The position numbers were made by a program, and so were the translations under genes. Below are positions 10,007 through 22,900 of a stretch of DNA of 63,972 nucleotides, in pieces (position 1 is the stretch's first letter; each line of letters opens with the position of its first letter). The DNA is from Vicugna vicugna (taxonomy: Eukaryota). Where the stretch lies: positions 699,943 to 763,914 of the forward strand of contig MU059972.1 in assembly GCA_013265495.1 (NCBI GenBank), in the 5' to 3' direction. The notes under the pieces were generated by a model. The model was not told where the DNA came from. It did not search any database and worked only from the letters and a program-made list of their open reading frames with translations.

Positions 10007-12419
10007 GCTGCCCGCCCCCGCTCACGTCTGCCCACGGTGCGCCCCTTCCAGCGTGACCCTGGCTTCCGGCTGTTGCTTCTTTCCTGGATGGAGCCCAGGA
10101 GGCTGACCCCGGAGCGGGGGTCACTGCTCCCCGGCACCGTCCCTGCCCGGCGGATGTGAAGCGCTGGCACGGAGCTGGGTGTCACGGAGCTGAGACGTAC
10201 CAGTGATGAGAACACGGCTGGTCAGGCCGTGCCTGCTCGCTCCTCTGATGAGTGGAGGGCGAGGACCTCCTGCGCGTCGGGCGCTGCTTCGGAATCGAGG
10301 GGCTGCTGCGCTCTCTGGGGAGAGACAAACAATAGATGTCCCTCGACACGCGGTGTTGTCTCTGCCAGGTGCCGTGGGGTGGGCCTGGGGCTGGGCAGGA
10401 GGTCTCTGTCTGTGGCCCTAGGGCTGGCGGGTTCTGTGCCCACTCCGTCCTAATGAAGCTGCCCACAGGCACGCCATCTCAGTGTGACCTACGGCTCGGC
10501 CTGGTGGCACTCAGTGGGAGAAAGGTCAGATGCTTGGGGACCAGGCGGGGCATGTGGGGCCGGCTGAGGGCGTTGGCAGCTGAGGGGGAGGTCGTGCAGC
10601 CTGCAGAGCCAGAGAGCAGCCTGTGTCACTGCTCTGGTCAGACCTGTGGCTCCCTGGAAGCTTGCTGTGCTGGTTGGTTTGGGGTCTGGACCGGCTCCCT
10701 GTACCCACAGCACCTGCCACAGCCGCGGGCTTGTCCCCACTTCACAGAAGGGCAGAGTGAGTCCCGCAAACCCTTTGGAGCATCTGCCGCAGCAGGTGGG
10801 CTGGTCCAGTGCAAGGCCTTGGAAAGCAGACAGGTTTTCTGTTTCAGGAGCCACAGACACGCCTGGCCCAGCCCACTAGGGCCAGAGGGGAGACCCTGGC
10901 GCCCGCAGCAGCCTTGGTTTTCCCTGCTGTGAAATGGGGAGGTCGCCTCGGAGCCTTGTCACTTGGGATGGGAGGGGCACTTCTCGGGCAGTGGAATGGG
11001 AGACTGCCCCCACCCCCGCAGAAAACCCCCAGGGGTGTTTTGACTCAGCAGGGCCCCACCCCCAGATCTCCTTGAGGTTCTGTGAGACCATTTGGTGGAA
11101 TGAGTCAAAACATCCAGAAGGTTCCGCTCAGGAGGGAGGCGCGGAGCCCGCTCCTCACTCGCCTCCCCCGGAGCAGCTGCCACCGCGGCTGCACGGTGCC
11201 GGCCCATCTGCCCGCCTGCTGCTTTCCAGGGCTGGGCGGAGGGCTGCGGCAGGGCTGGAAACAAACCCTCTGCCCGAAGTGGACACAGCCCGATGCTTGG
11301 GTTCAGGGGAGTGAGGACTGGCAGGTGAGGCCACTACTGTGTGACCCTGGGCTGGCTCCTGCCCTCTCTGTGCCCCCGGAAGCCGCTCAGCAACGGGTGC
11401 AGCAGGTGGACAGTCTGAACCTTGAGTGCCCACTGGCTGGCAGCTTCTCGTTTGGCAAGACTGTCCCTCTGTTATAACTGTCCACCCACAGCCCCTGTCA
11501 CCACGAGGGGATGCGTTCATCCATTCACACAGAGAGGAGGTCACTGGGGTTTAAACCACCAGGTATGGCCCTCTCCACGGCAGACGTGGCCTCTGGGGTG
11601 CAAGGTCCCTGCGCTTGCCTCTGGTCCTGGGTTGGGGTGGGGCTGGACTTGAGGGTGCCTGTGGTCTGATTTGAAGTCCTGACCAGCGAGTCTGGGTTCC
11701 TCCCATATGCGGGCAGGGCCTCGCTGCTGTCTGGACCACGTAGGGCTGCGGACTGCCAGTGAGCATCTCTCGGCCCGAAGGACAGGCCTTGGGGACAGAT
11801 TCTGCTTCCTGACTCCTCCTCAGAGAGCCTCCCGAGTGTGGGGACGTGGCTCCTGTGAGGCCCAGCCGCCCAGTGCACTGTGCGGAGCTGCCATTAGACG
11901 CATTTTATTGCTCAAATTGTCTAGAAGACCCCAGAGAGTGGCTCTGACATTTGCGATGGCCAGGATTGTGGAAGGGGAAATTTCATTGCAGAAGGTCTGA
12001 GGAGACCCCATCGGGCGAGGCTGAGCGTGCAGGGCAGGCCCTGACCCCTGAACGCAGCTCAGGAAGCTGCCTGGCAGCACGCAGGGGTTCAGCCTGGTGG
12101 CCTGCCTGCAAGAGGAGGCAGGCAGGGAGCAGTGGGGCAGAGAGGCAGGCAGGAAAGCCCAGAAACCCTGCACCCACTTCTCGGGGAAAACACTGAGACC
12201 AAGCCAAGAAGGAATCCGCTCACAGCCTGTGGCCAGAAAGCGGACAGATACCTGACTTACACCGGAGGCTGTGCCCACCCACGCCAGCCGCAGCTTGTCT
12301 GGGAGACGACAGAACTTTTGAGGGAGCAGGTTGGGTCCAGGAAGCTGTGTGAGCTCAGGCGGGGCCCATGGGGAGCTGCACTGTGGGGTGGGAGCTCCAG
12401 CCCTGCCCTTCCCAGCCAT

Positions 12420-12540
12420 GTGCCCGGGCGGTTACTTCTGTCTCGGTTGTCCCGTCTGTAAATGGGGGTGTTAATACATTTTGTCTCATCGCCATCGTGA
12501 GATAAGAGAGCAACCTCACGGGGCTGCTGGAAGGATGAGT
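12420..12540 (+). mobile_element. MIR SINE fragment
   Basis: gggcggttacttc...gtctgtaaatgggg...gtgagataa matches the MIR core. Confidence 0.7.
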
Positions 12541-14003
12541 GAGTGAGTATGTTGTTGGTGGCTTAGCACTGGCTGTTCCCTCCCCCTCTCTGAGGCTGGG
12601 ACAGGATTCCAGGTGGCGGCTGCCAGCCGGGACCCAGCCTTGGAAGGGGTTTGACCCTAGACTCTGGTCTGTCCGTTTGTGTACTGTCGCTCCAACCCTC
12701 AGAGAAGGCCCTGGTGCGGGGAGGCCCCGAGCAGCGCTCCCGGGTGGTGGGGGAGCAGACTGTTGTGGAGTGCTGTGGGTGAGGGGGGGACTGGACCCTA
12801 TTGCTCCGGCACGTGGGGTACCGCCCCTTCTACCCACCTTGATGCCCGTGGCAGATGTGGCTAATCCACTCCCGTGCCCGTGGCAGACCTCACCAGCCAG
12901 TCGGGCACCCCCTTCCCTGTGAGCCCGTCTGAGGCAGCAGCCCCCTCCTCATGGAGCAGCTCTGGCGCCGGCTGTATAACGGGCTTGGTGTGCGAGTGGA
13001 TGCCTGCTGACCACTCAGGGCGGGTGGGCTCTGAGGGCAGCCAGCAATGACCACCTCAGCTTCTATAAGCCGTGGGCACTGGGGGAGACACAGCATCTGA
13101 CAGTCACACGTGCCAGTGGGAGGTGGGATGTGCCCCCCAGGGTGGAGCAAGTTCCCTGAGACACCCTCAGAGGGACACTCGGGCGTGGAAGGAGTGGAAC
13201 CCCCGCTGCCCAGACTGGGCCACGGCCCGGGGCCCTGGGGGCCCATTGGTGCGCAGACTCGAGGTCCACCCAGACCCAGCTCCTGGGGACCACGTCGGCC
13301 CCTGAGCTTGGCAGCGGGGATGCAGACGGTGCTGCCAACGCAGCCCTGAAATCAGAGTCCTGCAGGCGGGGTGATGTGACCTGGAGGGGAGCCGGCCTCC
13401 CAGGCCTCCCTGTAAGTGACGGTAGTAACACCTCGTCAACAAGCGTCCCTGGGTCACTCCAAGACGTGTCCTGGGTGCCTCCTGCCTGCTCTGGGCTGGG
13501 CTCCAGCGATGCAGGCAGAAGAGGGCCCTGAAAGGACAGATCAGGACGAAGGCAGTGGAGGAGGAGCAGCCTGCGAGGGGCGGGTGAGGGGTGCGCGTCT
13601 GACTGAGCCTGTTTCCCAGCAGGGCCGTTTTGGGGACTCTGATCCCCTCCCCCAGCCCCAGGCCGGCCTTCCTGGACAAGACCCAGGCCTCCATCCCTCT
13701 GGCTGCCTCCCTCCCCCAGCAAAATATGGCCAGGACATGAGCAGGGGGTGCCTTAAGGCCCCCTCCTTCCTCTCCAGGGACAATGGTGTGCTGAAGGTGG
13801 TGGGTGCAGGAGGGGGCTCCAGCCCCCATCGTGTGAGCCAAGAGCCCCGGGCCCGCACCATCCGGGGGCCCCCAGGAGGACGTGCCCACTCAGCAGCCCC
13901 AGATCAGGGAATCCCGGCTGGCACCGCGCCACCACCTCCCTGCCACCCTCATCCACCAGGAGCCAGACACATTCCGGATCCTTGCCAAGTTGGGGGGAGG
14001 GCT

Positions 14004-14207
14004 NNNNNNNNNNNNNNNNNNNNNNNNNNNNNNNNNNNNNNNNNNNNNNNNNNNNNNNNNNNNNNNNNNNNNNNNNNNNNNNNNNNNNNNNNNNNNNNNN
14101 NNNNNNNNNNNNNNNNNNNNNNNNNNNNNNNNNNNNNNNNNNNNNNNNNNNNNNNNNNNNNNNNNNNNNNNNNNNNNNNNNNNNNNNNNNNNNNNNNNNN
14201 NNNNNNN
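14004..14207. other. Assembly gap (204 N)
   Basis: Run of N. Confidence 1.
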
Positions 14208-17200
14208 GAATTGCAATTACTCGGTCTGCCCTGCGCCTCCGTGTGGGAGCAGGCAGGCCCCGCCCGGGGGGTTCACGCCAAGAGGAAACATCTGCACAAA
14301 AGGTTTGCTTCCAGAGGCCTCTGTTTCCCTTCAATCCAGAGAAAGGAGGTGTTGTTCTCAGGTTGTGGGGACACTGCTCACGGTGACGCCTCCTCGGATG
14401 AATCTTCCTGTCCCCTTAGTGTCACCCCAGGGCCTACTGGGGTTCTGGCCTCCGGACTGGGTGGGCCAGACTAGGGGAAGACCCCCTCCAGCAGGGTGGG
14501 GTGGGCAGGGCCTGGAAGGGGTAGGGGACCCCGTCCTGCCAAGCTTGGTGTCCCTTTGGGTGGACACCTTTCCACGTGCATTGCACGGCCACCTTGCTCG
14601 TGGTGGCCTGACCAGCCCTGTCCTCTCAGGGTCCCACCGTGTGGCCATCTGGGGTCTGGGACAGAACAGCAGGGCACCCCTCTTGGAGAGCTCAGAGGAG
14701 TGCCTTCGAGAAAGCACGTGCTCAGGGGGTCCCCTTTTGTCAATCGGCACTGCTTTAGCGCTTGCTCTGTGCCTGGCTGCTGCCACGTCCTTCTTACTCC
14801 TGAGTCTCCTGGTCACTGTCTGGGGCCAGGGGAGCTGATTGTCCCCATTGCGCAGGTGAGCAGACCGAGGCTGAGGACCAAGCACAGCCTCCCGGGCTTG
14901 CTGAGAGGCAGAGACTTGTGGGTCACGGGGCAGGCTGACGAGCAGGCACCGTGTCTGCCTCTTCCTGGAGAGTAGACGGCACGGGGCTATAATTACACGG
15001 AGTGTCAGGAAGGATCCGAGAGGTTACTTCGAGTCGGGGCTGGGAGGGGTGCAGCGGGGGTTTCCTGTGTGACGACGACAGCCTTATCCGGGGGCCCTGC
15101 CAGACCGACCATGGGGCACCTTGCTGACTCTGAGCAGGAAAATAGCAGGGTTCTCGGCCCAGTGTGCGCCGTGGCGCCGGTGACACTCGGCCCAGCGTGC
15201 GCAGCTAATGTACGAAGCTCTCTGCCCTGGCAACTGGGGCTCTGGTGCCCTGGGGGTCTGGGCCCCGCCTGCAGTGGGGGGTCTGGGCTGTGCCTTTTGG
15301 GTGACATGCACTGGAATTTGTGGAACATTTTGACAGTTCCTGGGGCAAGGAGACGGACCGCCCTGGAATCCACCAGGGAGACGGGCCCTGGGAACACAGC
15401 GCCCAGAGGCCTGAGCCCAGGATGCAGGAGAGGCTGGGGCCTGGTCCCCACCCTTCCGGAAGTGGTGCAAGGCCACACTGCCTCCAGGCCTCTCCGGCGC
15501 TGCTGGGGTTAAATCATAAAATCAGCCACAGCCCTGGACATCCACGGAGGTAAGCGGAGGCCAGAGCTGTGGGGCCAGCGGCACCTGTGGTGTCCTGGGA
15601 GCTCACGGCCTGCACCGGTCCTGTGTGACCTCAGGTGCTGGCCTGGGCCTCTCTGAGCATCCGGCAAGTGATGGCGTCCCCCCTGCTGTGAGCTTTGACC
15701 ACAAGAGTAACACAGCTGGGAAGCCCCCAGGGGGCCTGCCCTCCTGCCGGTACCAAGTTCTCTGTGAGAGGAAGCGTGAGCTTTCCCGGCGGCGCCCAGC
15801 CTCCTCCATGAAGGCAGAAGCAGGTGGACCACCCTGTGAAGCAGGGGCGGGAGGACCAGGGCTGAGGGCTGCTGCCCCCGCAGTGGTGGGGTCTCTGGAC
15901 CTGGCTTCGTCTCTGGGTGTGCGGGTCAGGGAGGGTCCTGGTCAGTGCCTTCCATGTCCGAGAACTGAGAGGGCGCAGAAGGGGTTGGCTGTGCCTCTGG
16001 GGGAGGGCGTGAGACAGACCACAGGCCTCCCCCTCTGCGTCCTAATCCACAGGGTCTCCCTCACTGGGCATCAGGGCAGTGCCCCATCCGGCTGCAACTC
16101 AGCTGGATCAGCTGGGGGTTCATCCTTACGGAACCGGGGAGTGAAATGTGGAGGCAAGCCCACCCCCCAGAGCAAAGCCAGCCCAGACCACCTCGTCCGT
16201 CCCTGCCTCTCCCGGTGGTGCTCCAGCTGGCCCACATCACCACCGGGGGTCCCTCAGGCCCCGTGGGCAGAGTCCTGGGGGCCACACCCCTCATGTGCCT
16301 TGGTCTCATGTCTTGTGAGCGGGTCCTCACAGGCTATACGGTCATAGGGTGGCCACAGGGTGGCCGCGCCGTGGCTGGGAGCTGGCGAGAGACCACTGGG
16401 CACTTTGGAGAGACGCCCCGATGGGACGCACAGGGCAAACCGCCGGTCCCTAATTACTACGAGGCGTTCGTATGAGCAGCGTCATGGGTTAAGTTCTGGC
16501 AGCATTCCTCTGCAGAGCTCAAGGTGACACGCAGTTGATTTGCGCTTTTTTTCAAACAATGAAAATGCTTTGGGAATCAGTTGGATCTTGGATGGCGCCT
16601 TGTTGCCGGTGGAGGAAAACCCTAACTGCTTGGCCTGGGTTTCCAGCCCCGCCAGCCTCGCGCCCAGCCCCACCTTCCCAGGCGGAACTTGGTGTTTGCT
16701 GGTTCCCGGAGCTCCAGCTGCCGTCGTGTCGCTGGGGACAGCCGTCTGGCCTCAGGTGTGCAAATCGTGCCACCTTCAGGATCCAGGTGCAGCTTCATGA
16801 AGCTCTTAGAAGCACCCCGACCCTCGGCCACCAGCACAGGTGTGCCTGTGGCTGGTGCGGGCCTCCCCACTTTGCTGAACCACGAGCGCCGTCCCTCAGA
16901 GGGCAGGCACTGCTAACACCCACGGCCAGATGAGTTCCCGGCATTTCATCAATTCCTTTTTTAAAATAAGCAATCTGGAATAACGTATCTGTTTATTTGC
17001 TAAGAGACACTTTGTAATTGTGTATCTGTTGCAGTTACTGTCACCTTAATTCAGAGTTGGGGTAGGTGGGTCACCTGCTGGTAAGGTGGCAGGCAGTTTA
17101 GTAATAAATCAGGAGGTGGTTTAAAAGCTGGGCTGGTTGGGGAGGGTGCAGAGAGATGGGGGTCTTGCTGCCCTCCCCCCGGACAGTTCCTGTTTCCTTC

Positions 17201-17479
17201 TAGAGATACTGTGTACATACCAGATCATCTTTTTAAGTACTTTTCAGTATTCTGGGGTGTTCTGCAGCGTTTCCCCCCCAGTGGGAGTTGCACACAGGCA
17301 CTGCACACGCCCCCTCCCAGTGCTGTCGCAGCCCCTCGGGGGGACACACCTTCTGTTCAGACCCTCAGCTCCAGGAGGCCCAGGAGAGGGGTTCCCAGCC
17401 CCGTCATGTCCTAGCCAGGTGTGTGTGAGCAAAGCAGCTTGGCTTAGCAGGCGCTGGCCTGACCCTCACCACATCACTC

Positions 17480-17560
17480 GCATGTACCTGAGGAAACCAA
17501 GGTTCAGAGAGGGAGGTCTGGTCAAGGCCACCCAAATGATGAGACCATGGCTGGACGAGG
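17480..17560 (-). mobile_element. MIR SINE fragment
   Basis: tgaggaaaccaaggttcagagaggg...caaggccaccca matches the antisense MIR core. Confidence 0.7.
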
Positions 17561-17696
17561 GCCTGCCTGACCCTAAAACTGGGCTTTTCCCACTACTGTG
17601 CGACCTTGTGTAGTGGCCTGTGTGTCATCGCCCCCACCACTTGTGGGCTCCAGGAGGGAGCTCCATCAAGTTTAGGTCACAGCACCACCCAGCTGC

Positions 17697-17818
17697 TCAT
17701 CCACCCACCCATCCACCCACTCACCATCCATCCACCCACCATGCGTCCACCCATCCCCCATCCATCCACCCACCATCCATCCATCCGTCCATCCCCCATC
17801 CATCCACCCATCCACCCG
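17697..17818 (+). repeat. Degenerate (CCAT/CCAC)n simple repeat
   Basis: catccacccacccatccaccc... read directly. Confidence 0.9.
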
Positions 17819-18699
17819 TGGACCTCCCACTCACCCCCTCATCTCTTTCTGTCTAAGTACCCACACCACCTCATGCCTGCCCAGGCCCTACCATATTTAT
17901 CGTCACAGCCCACTCACATTCTCTGGGTGTGCCAGCCCGCAGCTGAGCCACTTCCCCTTGGTGGCAGGAGTGCACGGGGGGCTGGGAGAGTGCTCTCAGG
18001 GTGCCAGGACTGGTGCTAGGAGAGGAGGGTGCCCCTCCCCCAGCCTGCACCCCCCCCCACGGCGGGGCGGCCCAGATGGCGGGGCGCCTCCCCCACAGCC
18101 CTCAGGGAGCTGCTCTTGGCGGCGCAGCTCCAGCAGCTGGGAGAGGAATGTGCTTCCTCTGTGCGCCAGCCGCAGGGTGAGCAGGCAGGACATCTGGATC
18201 ACGTTTGGGGCTGTCAGAGAGCAAGGAGGTTTCATGGAGGTTTCCATTCCAGCCGCTGTGAGCTCTCCACCCTCCCCGCCTTGTAAGTCCGCTCAGTGGG
18301 AGGACACAGCAGAGGACGGGGCTCCTAGACCCTCCTGAGAAGGAAGCCTTGCCCCTCCTCCTGTTCGGGGATCTGCCTTGGGCTGGAGCTCTGGGCTCCT
18401 GGGCCCAACCAAGACCCTAGATTCTTCCTGAAAACATGCAGGATGAAATGGCTCTGACCTGCTTTCCACCCAGGAACCGAGGTCAGGCTTGTTTCTCATT
18501 CCTCTGCACGTATGTTTATTTGCAAGGTAGACTTACATGTGTTTCCCCCCCGTTTTGAGTTTCCTTATCGTTAGATAGTCGTTTGGGGCACCATTCTTGC
18601 TAGTAATCCGGTATTCGAAGTACCACGCGCACACAGAATGGTGCGTGGCGTGAACATTCACGGAGCGTGCGGCTAACAGACCGCGTTACCTGCCCTGCC

Positions 18700-19120
18700 C
18701 CAGGCCCCATGCCCAGCCCGGTCGCTGCCTGCCGGGGGACCCTGGCCTTCATGCCAGGCTCTGAGCTTCATGTAGATGGAGTCACGTGGCACGTCCCCCT
18801 TGGGGTCTGGCGTCGTCCCTCGGCCCTGTGTGTGTGACATCCGGGTGCCTGGGGTGGTGTGTGTCCCTTTTCCTTGCTGTGGAGTGTGCCAGCGAGTGGC
18901 TCTGCCGCAGCTCGTGTGCCCCTCGCCCTCTTGACGGTGGCTGGCGAGGACGTGTGCCCCTTGCTGCTGAGGCACACGTGTCGGCACTTCTGCGCTGTGG
19001 GTGTGGGTGCCTTGGGCTGGCGGGCTGAAAAGCGGTCTCCAAGAAGAGTGTGCCCACGGCATGATTTCAGGCTTATCGGGTCGCACTGGCTGGAGAATGC
19101 ATTTGCTTTGCCCTCGGTGG
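18700..19120 (-). mobile_element. Old L1 3' fragment
   Basis: catgtagatggagtcacgtggcacgtcccc..ggggtctggc resembles the antisense L1M text catataaatggaatcatacagtatgt...tgtgtctggc. Confidence 0.6.
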
Positions 19121-19349
19121 GCTGGTCCCCCTTACAGGCAGTGCGGTGGTGAACTTCCTCCCAGGTCCTGGTCTGCCCGATGACGTCCTCAGTCACAGCC
19201 CCTCAGGCGCACTTCCCATCCGAGCCCAGACACTCCCCAGGAGGAACGGGGGCGGAGAGGCAGGAGCCCTGATTCAGTGCAACCAGTCACCTGTAAGATC
19301 TGATCGGTGGGTCTCTGAGGGCCCTTCCAGCTCCGAAATGTTGTGCATC

Positions 19350-19760
19350 TAAGTACCAAAGTGTATCCGTCCGTGACTGCCATGTAACAGGCGACCCAAA
19401 CCTTCGTGACTTTAAACAGCCACCTTTGTTTGGCTCACAGGTCTTCAGGTGGGTCCTCTGGGCGGTTCTGGTCCTAGCTGGAGTTGCTTTTGGGTCCATG
19501 GTCGGCCGCTCTGCTGAGTGTAGCCGGCCCCCCACTGGAGCCTCGGCTGGGACGCCTGGGGTAACTGCCCCATGAGTCTCACCCTCCAGCCGCTGGCCCA
19601 GCAGGAGAGCAAGTGGAGCTGACCGCCTCTTGTGTCCAGGCGCAGAGTAGGCTGACGCGACTTCCACGGCATCCTCTTGGCCAGAGCAAGTCTCAAGGCC
19701 AGCCTGCATCCAGGAGCTGGGAAACTGACTCCGTCTCTGGGTGGGAAGAGCTCCGGTCAC
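19350..19760 (-). mobile_element. MLT1-family solo LTR (ERVL-MaLR)
   Basis: gtaacaggcgacccaaaccttcgtgactttaaacagcc..ggctcacag and ttggccagagcaagtctcaaggccagcc..gggaaactgactcc are recalled MLT1 hallmarks. Confidence 0.75.
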
Positions 19761-19839
19761 CTTGCAGGGCTGTGAGTCTGGGAGGCAGCAGAGTCGAGGG
19801 TGTTTTGTGATGCGTCCGCCTCCCAGGTGGAAGGCAGTC

Positions 19840-19918
19840 TTTTTAATTTTTTTTACATGGCAGTACTTGGGACTGAACCCACGACCTCCTGCGTGCTGAG
19901 CACCTGCTCTGCCACCCA
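19840..19918 (-). mobile_element. tRNA-derived SINE, camelid type
   Basis: Minus strand reads tggcagagcaggtgctcagcacgcaggaggtcgtgggttcagtcccaagtactgcc plus an A-rich tail, with A and B boxes. Confidence 0.75.
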
Positions 19919-22900
19919 CCCTGGAAAGCAGACTGAAGCTGCCATAACCGAGCTGTATTGCTGTGGGACAGGCTCAAAACAGCTCTTGGTCCTCAGGCAC
20001 ACCCAGGAGCACATGTGCTCCTCATGTCCACCCAGGGGAGCTGGCTGCTGGGCCCCAGGCAGGGGGTGGGTCCCCACCAGGTCCCCACCCAGGCTCCCTC
20101 CTGCCAAGACACCGAGGCCCCCCGTCCGCCACAAATGAGCGGGATCCAGGTGGCACAAGTGCAGGTGGGCCCCACGGTTTCTCCTGGGTCAGTTGGCACT
20201 GCTGGGTCGTGGAGCACCATGCTGACGCCAGGTGTCGGGCACTGGCCTAGGGTGGGCAGTGCACAGAGAGACGAGGCCGTGGCATCAGGGAGACGGGCAG
20301 TGAACACAGGACCAACACAACGTGATCGCGGGAGCCGACGAGTGCGCCAAAGACAGCACAGTCAGCTGGTGCAGCACGAGTGGTGAGCAGGCAGCCTCGT
20401 AGACGCCTGGGGAGCAGGGCCCACGGCCAGACACGAGTGTCCGCCTGGGGGCCACGGATCCAGATCAGAAGGGGAGGACGGACCCCTCCTGGAGGGGCCC
20501 CTGGGCGGGAGGAGCGCTCTGGTCAGAGGGTGTCTGGCCCAGTTTCACAGCATCTCGGTAGCAGGAGGGTCTCCCCGTCAAGGAAACGGATTCATGAGCT
20601 GTTGCTGCTGCTGATGGCGGGCAGCCCGGCCACTGCCGCGCCCTCCCTGTGGCTGCGAGGGGTCTTCCCCGGGCAGTGGGACGTTCTGTTGTGGACTGCC
20701 CCCTGGACAGAGGGGACCTGCCCACCCCAGGTGGGCTCTAAGCATCCACAGTGTGGAAGCCTGCCTGGGACCAGCAGGGACGTCGGCCAGAGGCCTGCAC
20801 ACGCGTGGGATCTGCCGAGTGGTGGCCGTGTGACCGGCACGCGCCTGTGTGCCTCAGTGTCCCCATCTGTAACCTCATGGCTTTGTCAGGATGAGGGGGT
20901 CTCAGCGCCCACACATAGCAGCTCTCAGCAGAAGGGAGCCCGTTTAAAACCAGAGCTGTGCCCCCTGCCCTCAGTGGGGCCTCCCCTGTGCACAGACACG
21001 AGGGGCTTTAGAAGGAGCCGCTGGAAGAGCACATGTCTCATCCGTGCATCTCTCCCCCTGACTCTGTTCGGCAGCTCTGTTCTCATCCCATCTTACAGGT
21101 GAGAAAACTGAGGCCCCGGGTAGAAAAGCCATTGACATTCCAGCCGAGAGACCAGGACTGGGGGGTGGAGGAAGGCCAGCCAGAACCTTCCCAACGCAGG
21201 AGCCATTGCGGCCTTTCCGCTCATGGTCCTCGTCTAAGACCACCCCACCTGGGAAGCGGGCGTCACAGGCCCATTTCACTGATGGGTAAACCGAGGCTCA
21301 GTCGTGCTAGGATGACTTCCCTGGTTCACGGGTAACCGTCCCAGGGCAGGCTGGGAACCCAGGTCTCCAGGCTCCCGGCCCCGCAGTGTTGCTATGGAGA
21401 CCTGCCCTTGTTGCCCGCAGGCCGCCCGGGCTCCCTGTGCAGCGGGAAAGGCCACCCTAGGACCAGGGAAGGCCGGGTGGGGGGATTCAACGGTCGGTTG
21501 TGGCTGGAGCGGCCGCGGGGGCGGGAGGGCCGCCCAGGCCGAGGGAGGGAGAATACTCGTCCTGGTGTTTTTGTGTGATCACTGATTCATCGGGCGGCGG
21601 AGGCCTTGAGTGAAACCAGATGTGGAAAGCGGCCCAAGTCCCAGCGCCTGGGACTCATTAGCCCCCCGCCCCGACAATTGCGGAGCACTGGGGATCAAAG
21701 ACAAGCTGTCCCCTGACACTGGCCTGCGGGGGTGGGGAGTGGTCAGCCTCTTGGTCAAACCCGCCCATCGCGAGGCAGGGGTCCACCCTGTCCTGGAAAG
21801 GCGGCAGCCCCCCCAGGTCCCTCCACCTGGAAGCCCTGTTTATTGGGGGTCACTGGCCCTTCGGAGATGCAGCTGCTTCCTGGGGTGCACACCCAGTCCC
21901 ACACACACCCACCCGGAGGCTCTGGAAGAGTTCATGCCCTCCTCTCCTGCCCCGGGAACTTGTCCCTCAGTGGGGGAGATCGCCCAGCTTGCTCGAGATG
22001 CCCTGGAGTCCGGGAGCTCTAACTGGACCGCAGGATCTAGGAGGGAAGACTCAAAGGGAGGGGAGGGCACTAAGCAGCTGTGGAGGCTAGGTGCCCCGCG
22101 TGAGAGCTGTCTGCCCTGCTCCCCGCCCCTCTGTGAACTGGTGCGGGCCTGGCCCACCTTGCCCAGGCCACACACGGTGGCAGTACGCAATGGTCAGTGG
22201 CCTCAGAGGAGGTGAATCTGTCACCACAGGCTGCTTGGGGCCAGTGATGGGGCTGGGCTGGCCTGCAGGCACCAAGGCCTCCGATGGAAGGACTTGCCTG
22301 CATCTTACGGCTTCCAAGTTCCCGCCTGACGGTGACAGAGCCAGAAGCCTGCCTGACCATGTGAGCAGAACAGCATCCACCGCTCAGCGGACGCCCTGCG
22401 CTCAGGAGGGCTGCTCCGTGGACAAGGGGCCTTCCTCCCACCTCCGTGAGATGTCACTGCTCGGGGGGCGGTGCCCTGTGCTCAGCCGCGCTGCGTTGGC
22501 ATACTCCAACACGCTGAGGGCCTCCACAGCGTCCACGTCAGACACACCGTTCGTCTCCTGGCCAGTCTTGCGCACGAGGGCTGCCCTGAAGCAGTGCGAC
22601 ATCACCGTGTACCGCCCAGCCTGGTTCCCCCCAAGCACACCGGCTGTCTGTCTCCTCCATGAGTTTGGTGTCGGGCTTATGGGGGGCTTGGGGCTATTTG
22701 TAATTAGAAGGGGGCTTTGGGGTTCATAGAGCTGTTGTAATAGGAGGTCTGAGCACAGAGGAAGGGAGGGGAAGAGGTGGGAGGAAGGAAAGCAGGAAAT
22801 CCTGGCCGGGACACAGCGGCGTGGGAGTCAGGACTCTGCAGCCCACAGCCGGCAGAGCCAGGGTCTTGGATGGCTCCCCTGGCCTCTGACCCCTGGACTT

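Noticed and set aside
19840-19918. Possible tRNA gene (A and B boxes)
   Set aside because: It has an A-rich tail and no cloverleaf, so it is a SINE.
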